Both the position numbers and the translations under genes were made by a program. Shown piece by piece: positions 1 through 11,587 of a stretch of 64,000 nucleotides of DNA. Source of the DNA: Marsupella aquatica (Eukaryota > Plantae > Marchantiophyta); assembly GCA_973895155.1 (NCBI GenBank), contig OZ316895.1, forward strand, positions 1,052,435-1,116,434, written 5' to 3'. Numbering within the stretch: position 1 is the first letter of the stretch; every line of letters starts with the position of its first letter. The notes beneath the pieces were generated by a model. The model had not been told where the DNA came from. It did no database searches and saw only the letters and a list, made by a program, of their open reading frames with translations.

Positions 1-514
1 ACCTTCGTTATCCTATACTTTGGCTGACCCCACCCCAACCAACTGCGGCCTGACAATGGCCAAACACCTAACAAACTGTGGCCCAACTCTCTCAACCCAG
101 ACTTGGCTGAAGGCAGCCCAATGACAGTGTCTTGACTCACCTCAACATCCAAACTCAGCTACATGCGGCCTGACTCGCTGCGATGATGGAGGCAGCGACT
201 CCCTGGCACGCCTGGACCCGGGATCCCAAGGTGAGATGAGACCTTGACATGAGACCCAAGACAATGGGTCCCAACCCCGACCCTAACTTAACCCCTTGAG
301 TTGGTTCCAACTCCCCACCGAGCTCGTGGACTTGCCGTTATCTCTTGGGTTGGGGGCCAAAATATTGGGACCAAAAGTGGTACGAGGTGGCAGGTCCCAA
401 TATGAGGGGACCACCTCCTCTCAAACATCCATATGTTGAAATTTCATACAAACCACACCACCACCCCAAGGGGACATGGTGTTGGAGAGTAAAGAACCAA
501 GTAAACAGGGATGT

Positions 515-875
515 GGTTACCAAAGGGGTTCCATGCAAGGGGATAGAAATAAGGCCCTTTGAAAAGCCGGCCAAGCTGTGCTGTTGCCCCAAAGGGTCTC
601 GGCTTTGGGGCGGCCAAAGTCAAGTAAGCGGCCACTTCGACTTTAAGTGAAATGCTTAAAGTAACCAAAAACCTGGGGTTACTAATGGGGTTTTGGGGAT
701 GCAAGGGGTTATCGAAAACAGGCCTTTGAAAAGTTGGCCAAGCCGTGCCATTGTCCCAAGGAGTCTCGGCATTGGGGCGACTAAAGCCTAGTAAGCGGCT
801 GCGATGACTTTAAGTAAAATGCTTAAAGTAATAAAAAACCTGGGGTTACCAATGAGGTTTTGGGGATGCAATGGG
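515..875. repeat. Diverged tandem duplication, ~170-bp unit, about 2 copies
   Basis: ggcc(c)tttgaaaag..ggccaag...gtaagcggc...gactttaagt.aaatgcttaaagtaa..aaaaacctggggttac occurs twice (~553-690 and ~721-870). Confidence 0.8.
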
Positions 876-2415
876 TGACAATCTTTTAACTTGATTTGGT
901 TTTTCTTTCACTTTTGCATTTAACATCTTTGACTAACTATAGTACATCCCTTTACTTCTGGATCATTTCATGTATTTAACAACATCTTGAACGACATGAT
1001 ATCTTTTTCTTCACAATACTTTTTTTTCTTCACAAGATATTTTGTATATGTGTATATGACATTTTTTTCTTCGCTACATCTTTTGTATGATGCACTCCTA
1101 TTCAATTGAGCCAGTAACCTATAATCCTCTGTTCGATGGTCTACTTTCGACTGCTTTTTCAAGGCCCCAAAAAACCTCGTGAAGCACCAATGTGGTCATG
1201 TCTGTGACCGCAGCCCATCTTTTATGCTGAAACCTTCGTTCGATCATCCCATTCAACCCTTACTTGTCAGCTGTGGCCGATCGCATCGAATCATCCGAAC
1301 GCTAAATCTATGAACTACGGCCGATTTACTGCAACCCCAAGTCGACGACTCCTCAATCCACGAAGGCCCCGTTCTGCCGCTGCTGCATGATTGTGATGCG
1401 GCTGAGCTCGAAATGGTCCTGCTCTACAAGTACTAGCGTATTTGGGCTTGTTTGTGGATTTGGGTGCTGCAGCTTTATAACTGAAAGCAAATTATAATGT
1501 GGCCGCTACTGCTGCTGGTTCAGCGTTACAGCAACCAGGATCTCGAGTCATCTCTTGTGTCCTGACTGTGACGGACTGTCTGTCTGCCACACTACGCGTT
1601 CGCTCCACCTCCTAGTAAGCACTACGCACTCTTATCTCGCCTGCCTCGTTGTTTGTGTCTTGTAGCGTTGTGCATTGTTGTCTGGCGGGGAGCATACAAT
1701 CCTACTCATGTTATTAGAATGACATAGTTTGGTGCTGCGGTGATATGATTTCCTGATCTACAATTGCCGGTACACTCTTGAGCCCAAATGTTGGAGATTT
1801 GTGCTCACGGATTACAGTAGTTCCTGCATTCTGTGGACTCTCTCCCCCACAGTCTGCATAGGAGGGCACATGGTCGCATTGGGGCCGTGGAGTTCTTCCA
1901 GTCGTTTGATCTTTCCCTGTTTAGTGTAGTTGTTGTGGTTGGTGTCGGAATGAATGACCGAAGGATTTAGTCAGGGTTTAAGGAAACAGGGCGCATTGTG
2001 GTTGGGCGGCATCGTTAGCACGCTGAAAGTCTCATGTAGAACGATTCTGGAGGAGAGTTGCATTTCTCTTACTTTTTCCTTCATCATGCCATTTGGGTCC
2101 TAATAGCTATGGAGTTGTATGCATTTGTCTTCCATGAAAGGGAAATTGTAGCTGAGAGAGTTCCGATCTCCTTGTGTAAGACAATTCGCGGACTCGATGA
2201 TGGGTGAATTCGCAAATGACGACTCGAGCAGGGAACAGGCATTCCACAGGGGCCCTAAGACGCAGGATGAGCGCTAGAAATATTCGGAACCTTACTAATA
2301 TCACTGAATGAGGAACTTTCTCTAAAGAGTACGGTTTGACCTCACATTTGCCCGGAGAGTTATCTCCTGCTTGTCGGTCGACGTTTAGGGGTTGAGCGAG
2401 TGAGAGAGTTACAAT

Positions 2416-2424
2416 TTAGGGTTT
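2416..2424 (-). promoter_or_regulatory. Telo-box (AAACCCTAA) upstream of a ribosomal protein gene
   Basis: ttagggttt lies ~90 bp 5' of the L11 ATG, inside a probable 5'UTR intron (GT 1615 to AG 2452). Telo-boxes are typical of plant translation-machinery genes. Confidence 0.4.
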
Positions 2425-2512
2425 CTGATGTGACTGATACTTGTAATTGCAGGAGCTGTTCACACTAGCACATCTCTGTTCCGTCCTGGACATTAACTGA
2501 AGAATAGCAGCG

Positions 2513-2965
2513 ATGGCCTTCCAAGGAAAACAAGTAGCAGCATTGATAAGGCTGGTGGTTAACGCAGGCCAGGCCAAGCCAGCCCCTCCCGTTGGCCCTG
2601 CGTTGGGACAGCACAGGCTGAATCTAATGGCATTCTGCAAAGACTTCAATGCGCGCACACAGAGCTTCAAACCTGATGTTCCCATGTCTGTTTTAGTGAC
2701 AGCATACACTGATTCGAGCTTCGATTTCACCATCAAATCCCCGAAGGTTTCTTATTTCCTCAAAAAAGCAGCTGGGTTGCAAAATGGGAGCAGTAGAGCC
2801 GGCCACGACGTTGCCGGCGTGGTGACTTTGAAGCATATATATGAGATCGCCAAGATCAAGCAGACCGACCCGGACTGTCAGTACTTGGAACTGGAGGCTA
2901 TTTGTAAATCTATTATGGGTAGTGCTCGCTCTATGGGCATTGCAGTTAAACGTGACCTGGATTAG
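2513..2965 (+). CDS. MRPL11: Mitochondrial large ribosomal subunit protein uL11m, single coding exon
   Basis: 150 aa with the uL11 motifs IRLVVNAGQAKPAPPVGPALGQHRLNLMAFCKDFNART and HIYEIAKIKQTD...GSARSMGI; these are the plant mitochondrial-type motifs. Confidence 0.95.
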   Translation: MAFQGKQVAALIRLVVNAGQAKPAPPVGPALGQHRLNLMAFCKDFNARTQSFKPDVPMSVLVTAYTDSSFDFTIKSPKVSYFLKKAAGLQNGSSRAGHDVAGVVTLKHIYEIAKIKQTDPDCQYLELEAICKSIMGSARSMGIAVKRDLD

Positions 2966-5889
2966 CTTTCCTAGGTGTATTCTTTTTTCCGCGCATTCTT
3001 TGTCACATCGGGGGCTCGGTTGGGAGCACACGAGAGAAGCCGGAGCACTTGTCCTCCCTGACTCGTCCCTACATCGAGCTAATTTACAACAAATCTTGGT
3101 CTCTGAACGTTCCAAACAGGATGAGTGGGTTTGTTCTTATCTGGCGATTCTAAGCCTAGCTCAGGTCATGAATGAAGAATAGAACCTCTCCTCGTATACA
3201 GCTGGCATTCACTGAACTATGCACGGGGGTGCAGCATCGTTTCGTTGTAGGTATTTGGAGGTGGTTTTCGACTGCGAATCATCCCCTTCCACTTCGACTG
3301 AAGGTTGGTGACTTGTTTAACCCCTGTGCAAGAAATGAGAGTTTGCAAGAAGAGCATTTGTTGAAGCGAAGCAGTTGTCTTACAAGGTATAGAGCACTTC
3401 ATCGCTGTGATAAGAACGTTTGCTTTGCTGTGGTATCTTGATTTGGTGTTTAGGCTGGTGCTAACAGAGAGGAAAAGCATCCCGTTTTTCACGTTTTTTT
3501 CACAAGGGTTCTTAATTTTCGTTCTTAATGCCGGAGGCTTTTCCATGTTGATAAATCATGCTTGGTGCCCTTAAATGCCTGGTGTCTTACCGTAATGATA
3601 AAGCATGATTTAGGCATTTAAGGGCACCGGGCTTATGTATTGTCTGCCCACGATCGCACTGTTTACTAGAGTTGTGAAGGTACCAACCAAAGGAAGTACT
3701 TCTTCTATCGGCCCACAGACAAGCTCCTACGTAAGGCCAGTGCTAGTGGTTAAATGTTGTGGTCATACTGTGGGATGACAGGTTCGTAGTTGCGTAGTTG
3801 TGATAACTGTTACTATTCCGAAGGCAATAGTAGCTTATTGCAGATTCTTCAGTCTTTCCATATTTATGCGAAAATTGTCTGTTACATTATCATTACAGAT
3901 CAGCACTGCTTTGATGACTACCGCCGAATACTATCACTGCATCTTAATTAATTTTTCGAAGTTCATGCACTGAAATTGGCCCGAGGTAGATGCACGAAGT
4001 TGAATGATTTGAGTACGTGAACTGCAAAAGAACTTGAACATGAGAAAATCCTCCAGCATCGACAGACATCCAGTTAACATAGACACGAAATACTACAGGC
4101 TGAGTGGAACAAGATTTTGGGGGAACCTCTAACTTGTGCGCTCTGATTCCCTCAGAAGGGGAAGGTATCCTGTGATTTCGTAGTGATGATATTGAAGTAC
4201 AGATCTAAAGACCTTTGATAGAAGTTCATTAGGGTCTTGACCACTACGCCATCCGCGATCCATTCGCGTCAAAGAATGTGTACTCTCGTTACTCTGGATC
4301 GGTTTTTACTGCATCATCTGCATGGTAGGTAGTCGGACAAGTTCATGGGCTTTCTATATTCTCCATGGCCTTCTTGAAATGCTGCCATTCTTCTGGTCTG
4401 TGGTGCAGTTCCTCGTCCTGATTGGACTTCTAAGAGAACTGACATCCATGTTTAGTTTTTTCCAGGGGCACTTTAGGACACCAACTCACCTCTATTTGGT
4501 CTTGAATCCTCTTACCATGATAAGCAACTTCCACCTAGTTTGAATTTGTGCAGGCTGGCTTTTCCTTGATGTTTGTAAGTTGTTAGTGTGCTTAAACTGC
4601 CACTGTCACCCAAAGTGCAGGAGGACAAGGAAAACCTTTCCTACCACTTTTTGTAATATGTCTTGAGGCTTGTTACGGTGGTGATGCAGCTAGGACAAAT
4701 GCCAATAGTTTGCGGTGCCTTAGAGGGGTTTAGATGGTGGGAGAGAACAAAGCACGCATATGAGGTTTAGCCTTTGTTTCTTCTCGACCAGGACGGTAAA
4801 AAGGGAGTCAATGGTGATTGGAGTTCCACATGGTTAGCAGTGCACCCATCAGAAGTCACGTGAGGTTGGGGACCGAGGGATTGTGTGCCTCCAGGATGGT
4901 TTTGGGGATGAAATAGGAAATATTATAATTTCATGGGCAGGAAAGGAATTAAAGTTACTTAGTTTTGAGGGGTCAAAATGAACCCCCAATGGACCTCTAG
5001 GTTGCCAAAATACTCCCATGGATGTTTTGCACCTGGCCTAGACCACCTTGTACCGACAAATTCACAGCTACTTTGTCAGTAGTCTCTGCTGGTTGCTTGG
5101 TTTCTATTTAAGGTCCATGGGAGCATCAAATTGATAGAGGTAAGTTAGTAAAATATGAGTATGACTCACACTTATGTACTAGGTTGTAATTCAAGATTGC
5201 ATGTACTAATGTTTGGACATGGTAAACAAGAAGTGTTGAGTAAAAAATTTCACATGTGTGACATCCTAATAACATGCAAGTAATCAAGACAACAGATATG
5301 CGGTTATCCTCATGAAAGTTTACGTCTATGGAAACCTATGGAAACACAGAAGAGAACTTTATTGTACTCTAGGTCCATAAATTATATGAGTCTCCAGATA
5401 CTTAACCCTTCCCTAATTTTTAGATGGCTTTGTAATAATGAATTCAAGTTTTGATCACAAGCTAATCTTGTTATTGAAAATAGTAGTGGCATACCTAACC
5501 TTAAGCAAGTACCTAATTATAATTAGATATTATGATGACCGATTAACTCTAGACCCAAGCAAAGAACCACTACTAAATATAACACGCACATATGCAATTT
5601 ATCTGACAAAGCATGCAAGTAATAGACACAAGTCAAAGATATGTGAAATTTTCACCTCTCCAGAGTTTACATCCATAGGAACACACAAGACAGATTAATT
5701 AAACTCAAGTCTATCAGTCACATCGAGTATGTGTAGACTAATTAAGCTTGCCCTATCTCTCAACTGATTGCATAATAACAAGCCTAAATTCCACTCACTA
5801 ACTAAGTTCTGCTAGTGAATATTGTGGTAGCACATCTAACCTAAACCAAACACCTGACTCCCGACCTGATTACAGTTATATCAACTATA

Positions 5890-6090
5890 GTCTAGACCTA
5901 AGAGTAAATGCCTAACAAAAATCAAGTGCCTAACAAAAAGACATAGACCTACGAGTAAGTGCCTAGCAAAAAGCAGGTGCCTAACAAAAAGATCTAGACC
6001 TAAGAGTAAGTGTCTAACAAAAAGATCTAGACCTAAGAGTAAGTGCCTAACAAAAAGCAAGTGTCTAACAAAAAGTAAATGTCTAAGAAG
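5890..6090. repeat. Minisatellite of mixed ~18-bp and ~33-bp units (aagtgcctaacaaaaag / tctagacctaagagt)
   Basis: Units are directly visible and generate the repetitive spurious ORF 5881..6138. Confidence 0.85.
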
Positions 6091-7000
6091 CAGATAACAA
6101 CATTCATTGCATTCTAAAAGGCAAGGTGAGAAGTACAAATGTTAAAAAGGGCAAATAACATGTTTTGGGTCTTGACCCCAAGCAAAGTTGCTGACCTTGG
6201 TCAGTCCAACTTTCTTGATGGGACTCCTTTGGATGTTTCTGTGCAGATGGCTTATTACAAGATATTGTAAGACACTGGTACACTACAATGAGTCATTCAC
6301 ACAAGTTCTAAGGGAGTGGGATTGGAGAGCAACAAAGTGTCACGAGGCTTCGCTAACGACATTGCTGCAGCCAGCCGGAGTGTTTAAGTGTGAGGGTAAG
6401 GGATCTCAAGTTCAGGCTGAAATCTGATGAAAGGTGTGTCACAATCCAAGCCAGGGGTGAAGCCAAGCAGACCTGTGAGTTTTGTTGACTCATAATAGAC
6501 CACATATTCCCACTCTTACACCACCCTCAACTCACAAAGGTAAAACATCTGCCACAAGGAGTCTCACCAAGACTATTAATTTATAGGGTTTCAAGGTCTC
6601 TACACCATGTTTGGGTGTGTAGTTTTGTGGCTTGGCCGCCTTGTCCTCTTTTCTGGTGGGCCTAGTGGCTTTTCTATGGTCATTATTTTGGTTTGGTAGA
6701 GCCCCTTATAGGCACAGGTTGGTTCTGGAGACTCAAATGGACACAATCAAACTATAGTAGGGCGTCTCAAATATGAGCAAAAATCTGACCTTACGGGCGG
6801 CCCGAGAAGCTGTCAGGCGGACCGAAACTAGGTATACCCGGCCCAGTTTTTGCTGGGGTAGTTAGCATTGAGTTGTGTCGCGGCTTTGTGCGTGACATGG
6901 TTTTCCTTCTAACCACAGTTAACCTGAGTACTACTCTCAACAGGAACCTCGCCAATTCCCCCTGGATTTTTCAAATTTGCCGTAATATGTTGCGAGGTCA

Positions 7001-8665
7001 GTGAACGCTTTGCTCAATTCTTTCAACATTTCAAATCAAAATTCCCTCGCTGAATGTCACGAGGTCCATCAAAATTTTGTAGACGGCAGTAGCGACATTA
7101 AACATGGACATCTTACACTGCATTTCGCATATGAACAATCAGTTTCAATATCCAAGTCGCCCTCGTATTCAGAGTCTGAAGTTGTCATCCTTGATTCCCA
7201 ACTTCCTGAATCCGACACTGAAATGGTCTTTCAAGCTGCAGCTATGGGTCCAGCCAGCGATAACAGGAAGCTCTTGCCACAACAACTTGCTATCATCGTG
7301 GATTGGTCGGAGGTGCCTGAGAACTTTGCTGTGCTCAATGGCACTAGTAGTTGCCCATCTATCACTGGTAAGCATCCTCCAAAGAAGACCGTTTTCAAAA
7401 AGATGTTGATCGACTTGCATGACAATGGCTTTCCCAAGTTCGTGACAACAGGTGATAATCTTGGCAAAAGGTTCTAGTGTTTCTTAAAGAAATACAAGGA
7501 GGCATTGGCAATGAAGCGGGACTCTGGTGCCGGACTCACAGACGCTGAGTTGAGACAGGTCTTACACTAGCTGACAAGTACGAGAAAATTTGCCCCCATT
7601 TTGAGCGTACATGCACGCAATTTATGGGGAGAGAGCAAATGTTTCTCCTCCTAGCACAGTCGTTGTTGGTTTGCCTGGCCATGCAGAATTATACGTCGAT
7701 GTTGGTTCTGACAAAGATGAGGTGCGGAATCCAAATGCCCATTTCTAGAGGACCCCCGAGAGGACCCCAACTACCGCAAAGTTGGTAAGACAAGCTATGA
7801 CAAAATACGGTCTTAAAGCCCATTGATGCAACTTCATTTTCATTGCCACTTCCTTCCTTTACAAAATTGCGATGCCTTCTGAATGTCCACAGCACAGAAC
7901 ATAGGTTGCACAAGTATGGGCAATTGCCATTACAAATGACGTGCTTACTTTGGAGTTTGCGATGCAGGTGACTCAGAATATCAGTTTGCCGAGACAAACG
8001 CAGAGGATGACCTTGAAGCCTCTTGCCCTCCTACTACTGGAAATAGTTCTGCGGATGAATCGTTGCCTCCAAGAGCACCCAAGCCCCAATCCCAGCCTCA
8101 TTCTAGCATACTGACTGTTGAAGAGCCAGTCTCAACTCCAGCATCTATCCCAACAGCAGCACCAATCCGTTCACAAGGTCGAAGCAGAGGGACAACATCT
8201 GCTCACCCAACAATGACAATTGAATGAGGTAGTCAATGGCCATGACACGGCAAGAGGCCATCAACAACACAATGCACGTCGGGGCCCAATCTGGCTGAGG
8301 TGTATGCAGAGCAGTTACAAGAGAAGAATGCTTTCCGAATTCAAATGATTGACGCTAAGGACAGATGGAGAGCACAGGAATTGGTTGACAGGAAAGATGC
8401 TAGACAAGCAGAGGCGTTAAGAGAGAAGGTAATTCAAGATGCCCAATCAGCACACCTGGACAAAAGGGAACTCCTTCAGCGTAGACAAGAAGATAAGAGG
8501 GCGAGAACCAAGCTGAAACATCAGCTCGCTATTATCAAAGCTCAACAAGCTATAGTGCTCCTCACAGAAGTTCTTAAGCAGAACCGGTCACCACAACATT
8601 TTAGGGAAATGATGAACATTATAGAATCAGGGACTTCATATGTCCCTGATTCGGTTAGCTCATAG
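7001..8665 (+). pseudogene. Harbinger Myb/SANT-like partner protein, decayed
   Basis: Reading through stops and frameshifts gives IIVDWSEVPENFAVLNG...GDNLGKRF*CFLKKYKEALAMKRDSGAGLTDAEL...LADKYEKICPHFER-MHAIYGERANVSP, then a low-complexity linker and a coiled-coil C-terminus (8300-8665). This is the usual architecture of Harbinger ORF1 proteins. Confidence 0.7.
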
Positions 8666-9289
8666 GTCGACCAGGTGAAAATGCTTGCGTACATGTACTT
8701 TGTGATTTTGCCACACACATTTTGCTCAATAAAAATCCTTGGCAACACCTCAATCGCTGCGGATGAATCAGGGCAGCCAAAACTCACTGTGTCTTTATGT
8801 TTGTCAGTCGGTTCTTAAGACTTTTTTGAACATTTCTTTGGTGGCGTTGGGGGCTGATTCAGGCATGGATGACAAATATGCATCGAAAGAAGAGGGAGTT
8901 TGCTACCCGAGGCTATTATAACCAATTATGAATCTGTGATGCCATCATTCCACAAAATGACACACAATACCCGAACGCTGCAAATTGAAGTGAAGTCATA
9001 CTTAACTTAGTACCTTTTCATTATATTTGTGGCACAAAAACAATTGTGTGCACAACGCCTAAAAGCAAAACTGCCTACATTGCAAGATCCATCGAAAGTC
9101 TACTACAAACAGTCGCGTGCCAACGTTTCCTCCAAAAAATATGAGTTTTCAACTGTACTAGCCTAATCCAGCCAAAAAATCCACTTCAAAATGGGAAGCT
9201 GCGATACTACTGAGCTGCAAGACTACGCCCTTCACATACAAAAATGGGCTTTTGAAGTAATCTAGGTTCGCCCCAACTACCGCTATGTA

Positions 9290-9829
9290 CTACCCAATTG
9301 AAGCTTTAGGTGCTCCACTAGCAGGAGTTGGTGTGGCGTGTTTGTCTCCCTGACCATCTCGCACAGATGACACCTCTGTGCTCTCCAAGTCCCCAGTTCC
9401 AACATTTGCGCTTGTCACACAATTGCTTGCAGACTCGGACTCATCAAAATCTGCCAAATAAATGACTGGTAAAACAGGGATGGGAATCTGCCCATAAGGC
9501 ACCCAGTCTTCCCTCCCAAAAAGCATTGCCTCACCATACAATAGGGCTCGCCCCGTCTCAACTTCAAGGACTTGCACACCTGGCCAAGCAACATCAAAAT
9601 TCTCAATAACACCATACAGCCTTTGGAACAAAATACGAGGCCCCTCTGGCCAGGTCGGAAATGCCTGAATTGCTATCCACATTGTGGCTTCTGTATTTCC
9701 TGGCCCTACAAGCCAAAGCCGAGAGTTGTCCATTGCCTTCACTTCTCACAATGCAATCGTCCTTGCTTACCCTACTTTGAAAAATTTCCTACTGAGTAAT
9801 GTGTGGAGTCTCACTATTAGTAGACTCAT
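9290..9829 (-). pseudogene. Unknown ORF inside the Harbinger element (two in-frame stops)
   Basis: From ATG 9829: MSLLIVRLHTLLSRKFFKVG*ARTIAL*EVKAMDNSRLWLVGPG...; the last 150 codons are open. Globular-looking core with an acidic/Ser-rich tail; no recognised motif. Confidence 0.45.
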
Positions 9830-10052
9830 TTAGCCGAAAGTTCATGGTAGAAGATGTCGCCTCGCTCCTCACATGAATCACAAAGCGCATGTGATGGAGT
9901 CACATGTAATACCATGACAGGAGGTGGTACCACACGTACCAATACAAAGCACATTAACTCCAACAAAGCAAGTACCGGATTTAAAGCTCTCACATGAAAA
10001 GCACATCATGACCTAACCTGCGAAGGGTCCTACTCAAAAGATAAACTCTATA

Positions 10053-10660
10053 TCACTCAGGGGCAGTCCACAAAAAATGCCCTGGGGCCCTATTAAATTG
10101 AAGAGCATAATCCATGACTTGCAATAAAAGGGCATTTCCGACCTGTGATGTTGCACGCCTTGATGCCCTAGGAAGACCTTCGTACTCAACAGGGTCAACG
10201 CCCTCCATTGAATCCTGGTTCTCCGTCTGGTCTTGCTCGGTCCACTCATCATTCTGATTGATAACATAGTTGTGCAGCTTACAGCAAAGGCTTATCCATC
10301 TCACCATCCAAACTGATTTCTTTGTTGATTCAGCTGCACACGAACCTCTTTCAGTGAATGCCAACGTGACTTGAGAACTCCAATACAATGTTCATTTGTC
10401 ACACGACATTTAGCCACACAAGTGTTGAAGTCCTCTCTGTCTGTGCAACATCTGAGATGTACGTTTGAGTTCTCTTTGTCTGAAGTAGAGTCCATATGGA
10501 AGTCACCAGCCGAGGATGACAAAATGGACAAATCGCCCTGATCCTTTGCCTCCAGGTAGCCCATAGAGAGGTCAAGTGAGTCTGCATCAGATGAAGAGTC
10601 AATAGACTCCAAAGCAATGTTTAGTTGAAGTTCATGCCTGACTTCCCTCAATTGTATTCC
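10053..10660 (-). pseudogene. Harbinger DDE transposase remnant (N-terminal acidic region fused to C-terminus, core deleted)
   Basis: FNTCVAKCRVTNEHCIGVLKSRWHSLKE (the third catalytic E motif) followed, after a frameshift, by VRWISLCCKLHNYVI. The HTH and the first two catalytic Asp regions are not present. Confidence 0.85.
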
Positions 10661-10975
10661 GACGCTGTGAAACACGAGGCATAATAAACGATGTATGGTT
10701 TCTGGAAAAAGGTACAAGCCAAAGAAATGCATGTTCAGAGTCATACTAGTACACCCATTGCACCATTCCCATAAATACAATGTAAATTAAAGTATACATT
10801 AGGTGAATTCATGGTCTACACATTTACAGTATGCAAAAAGAACTCCTATGCCAAGGTATGACAAAATCATGGCAGAGGACTACATTACTTGGTTACATAT
10901 GTGAGACACTCTATGAATACATATCACTGTCATAAGGAACCTAGTCTGTAAGGTTAGTGTCCTGAAGAGCCAGTA

Positions 10976-11587
10976 TCAGATCAGCCAGGATTTTTTTTTT
11001 GCACTCTTTGGCTTTGTGGGAGTGCATTCAAATTGTACAGCCTGTTTAATTGGTGTACCCTGGCTGGGAGAGTTTGCTACACTGCTACGTAAATGAATGG
11101 ACGGTCTACTTGTAGCAGCTTCATGCACAAATGCAAGGCGGTCGATGTGTAGCTCCAGGTCTTTTACAGAAAGCCAAACACACAATTTATGACATTTCTG
11201 CATCACTTTTTGAACAGTGGCTAATTGCTCTTGCTCATCTAAAAGGCTGAACGCCCTTGGCTGCAAATTGAGGAGCACAGTTGCCTGGTCCCAAATTAGA
11301 GCTTTTAGTGGGGGTGTGCCACCATTCACAGCATCAAATAAAATGAGTTGGAATCGATACTTGGGCTCTCTAGGGGCGGAATGCCCACATTTCCGACCAA
11401 ACTCCAAAAACTTCTTACAAGGAACGCCTGGCTCGCGGGGCTCAGTACATGCAGAGTACGTAAAATGCCTTGGAAAAGGATTTCTGGCGACATAGTTCCC
11501 TGCCCAGACTAGAGAGGGTGGGAATGACTCAAGTTTTCCAGCCAGTCTGGCGTCCTCCACAACCGCAAGGGGTGTCCAGTCCCCCAT
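10976..11587 (-). CDS. Stand-alone RPA70 C-terminal (DBD-C)-like zinc-binding OB-fold protein carried by the transposon
   Basis: Open 203-aa frame from ATG 11587, just after a possible acceptor ttccag. FTYSAC-x9-CKK-x7-CGH-x6-KYRFQLILFD...ALIWDQATVLLN matches the Rep_fac-A_C pattern YxAC..CxKK..C..C..Y.L...D..F..A..LLG. Basic C-terminal tail PKSAKKK is a possible NLS. Confidence 0.65.
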   Translation of the reverse strand: MGDWTPLAVVEDARLAGKLESFPPSLVWAGNYVARNPFPRHFTYSACTEPREPGVPCKKFLEFGRKCGHSAPREPKYRFQLILFDAVNGGTPPLKALIWDQATVLLNLQPRAFSLLDEQEQLATVQKVMQKCHKLCVWLSVKDLELHIDRLAFVHEAATSRPSIHLRSSVANSPSQGTPIKQAVQFECTPTKPKSAKKKSWLI

